Positions 39,143 through 40,809 of a DNA stretch of 40,809 nt are shown in pieces. Source of the stretch: Pseudomonadota bacterium (lineage in GTDB: Bacteria; Pseudomonadota; Gammaproteobacteria; Burkholderiales; Burkholderiaceae_C). The notes beneath the pieces are model-generated. The model had not been told where the DNA came from, did no database searches, and saw only the letters and a program-made list of their open reading frames with translations. Position 1 is the stretch's first letter. Every line of letters starts with the position of its first letter. The position numbers and the translations under genes were made by a program. The DNA is taken from the NCBI GenBank assembly GCA_041183605.1, contig JBEGLK010000001.1:1-40809 (forward strand), given 5' to 3'.

Positions 39143-39220
39143 GCCCCGAATTGTCCACCAGACAAAAGGCACCGGGGAAACACCCCGGTATTCAACGCCG
39201 GTGATGGCATGATAGAGGCC

Positions 39221-39595
39221 ATGAATACATCGACTCTCACTGTCTACGGCATTCCAAATTGCGACACTGTCAAAAAAGCGCGCACCTGGCTCACCGACCA
39301 CGGCCTGGCACACCAGTTTCATGACTTCAAAAAGCAAGGTGTTCCGGCTGACCAGCTCCCGGTCTGGATGGCTGCCGCTGGCTGGGAATTGCTGCTGAAC
39401 CGCAAGGGCACAACCTGGCGCAAACTGGACCAAGCCACCCAACTGGCCGTGGTTGACGCCGCTTCCGCCGCGGCCTTGATGCAGGTCCAGTACAGCGTGA
39501 TCAAGCGTCCGGTGGTGGTCTGGCCCGACCAGCGCATTACGGTTGGTTTCGATGCGGAAAAGTTCGCCGCCCACGCCTCGGCACCGTCGCTTTAG
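39221..39595 (+). CDS. ArsC/Spx family protein (YffB-like)
   Basis: VYGIPNCDTVKKAR, FHDFKK, LLNRKGTTWRKL, IKRPV and VGF motifs. Confidence 0.88.
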   Translation: MNTSTLTVYGIPNCDTVKKARTWLTDHGLAHQFHDFKKQGVPADQLPVWMAAAGWELLLNRKGTTWRKLDQATQLAVVDAASAAALMQVQYSVIKRPVVVWPDQRITVGFDAEKFAAHASAPSL

Positions 39596-39657
39596 GCATA
39601 ACCTAAAATCGCGTTTTTCGGGATCGCCTGAGCCCTTTTCTGTACCTAAGCATCATC

Positions 39658-40809
<1,152 letters not shown>

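Noticed and set aside
39143-39574. N-terminal extension of the 583-aa folC ORF
   Set aside because: It overlaps the genuine ArsC-like gene on the opposite strand; FolC homology begins near 39142.

Overview
GC-rich betaproteobacterial chromosome segment; gene content and style suggest Comamonadaceae, and the taxon is an inference. Two housekeeping blocks flank a ~27.7 kb accessory catabolic region. The left block (1-4208) holds partial waaA, waaC, phosphomannomutase/phosphoglucomutase, ogt and an EamA transporter. The right block (32007-40809) holds tRNA-Asp/Glu/Ala, gltX, metZ, purF, cvpA, dedD, folC, an ArsC/YffB-like gene, ppnP and partial argG. The middle region (4210-31960) starts right after the tRNA-Asp terminator and has no visible integrase or att repeat. 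It encodes 27 proteins in four apparent units. Unit A is a peptide-type ABC importer plus 2 SDRs, a GST, a Zn-ADH, DUF2889 and an ICL/PEP-mutase-family enzyme with an atypical KRAHH loop. Unit B is an MDR reductase, Bug receptors, a FadR regulator, an MBL hydrolase, a ChnD-like ADH, a CMD-like protein, a semialdehyde dehydrogenase and EamA. Unit C is an acyl-CoA dehydrogenase, CaiB CoA-transferase, CitE-like lyase, PcaIJ-like transferase, AKR and a Bug receptor. Unit D is a lone Bug receptor. The best candidate for an undescribed system is an oxygenase-free, CoA-dependent route for a lactone or branched hydroxy-dicarboxylate (B+C), with a shared TGRTC-N7-GACCA candidate operator. The substrate cannot be determined from sequence alone. 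Family calls come from motifs and recalled homologues, not from database searches.
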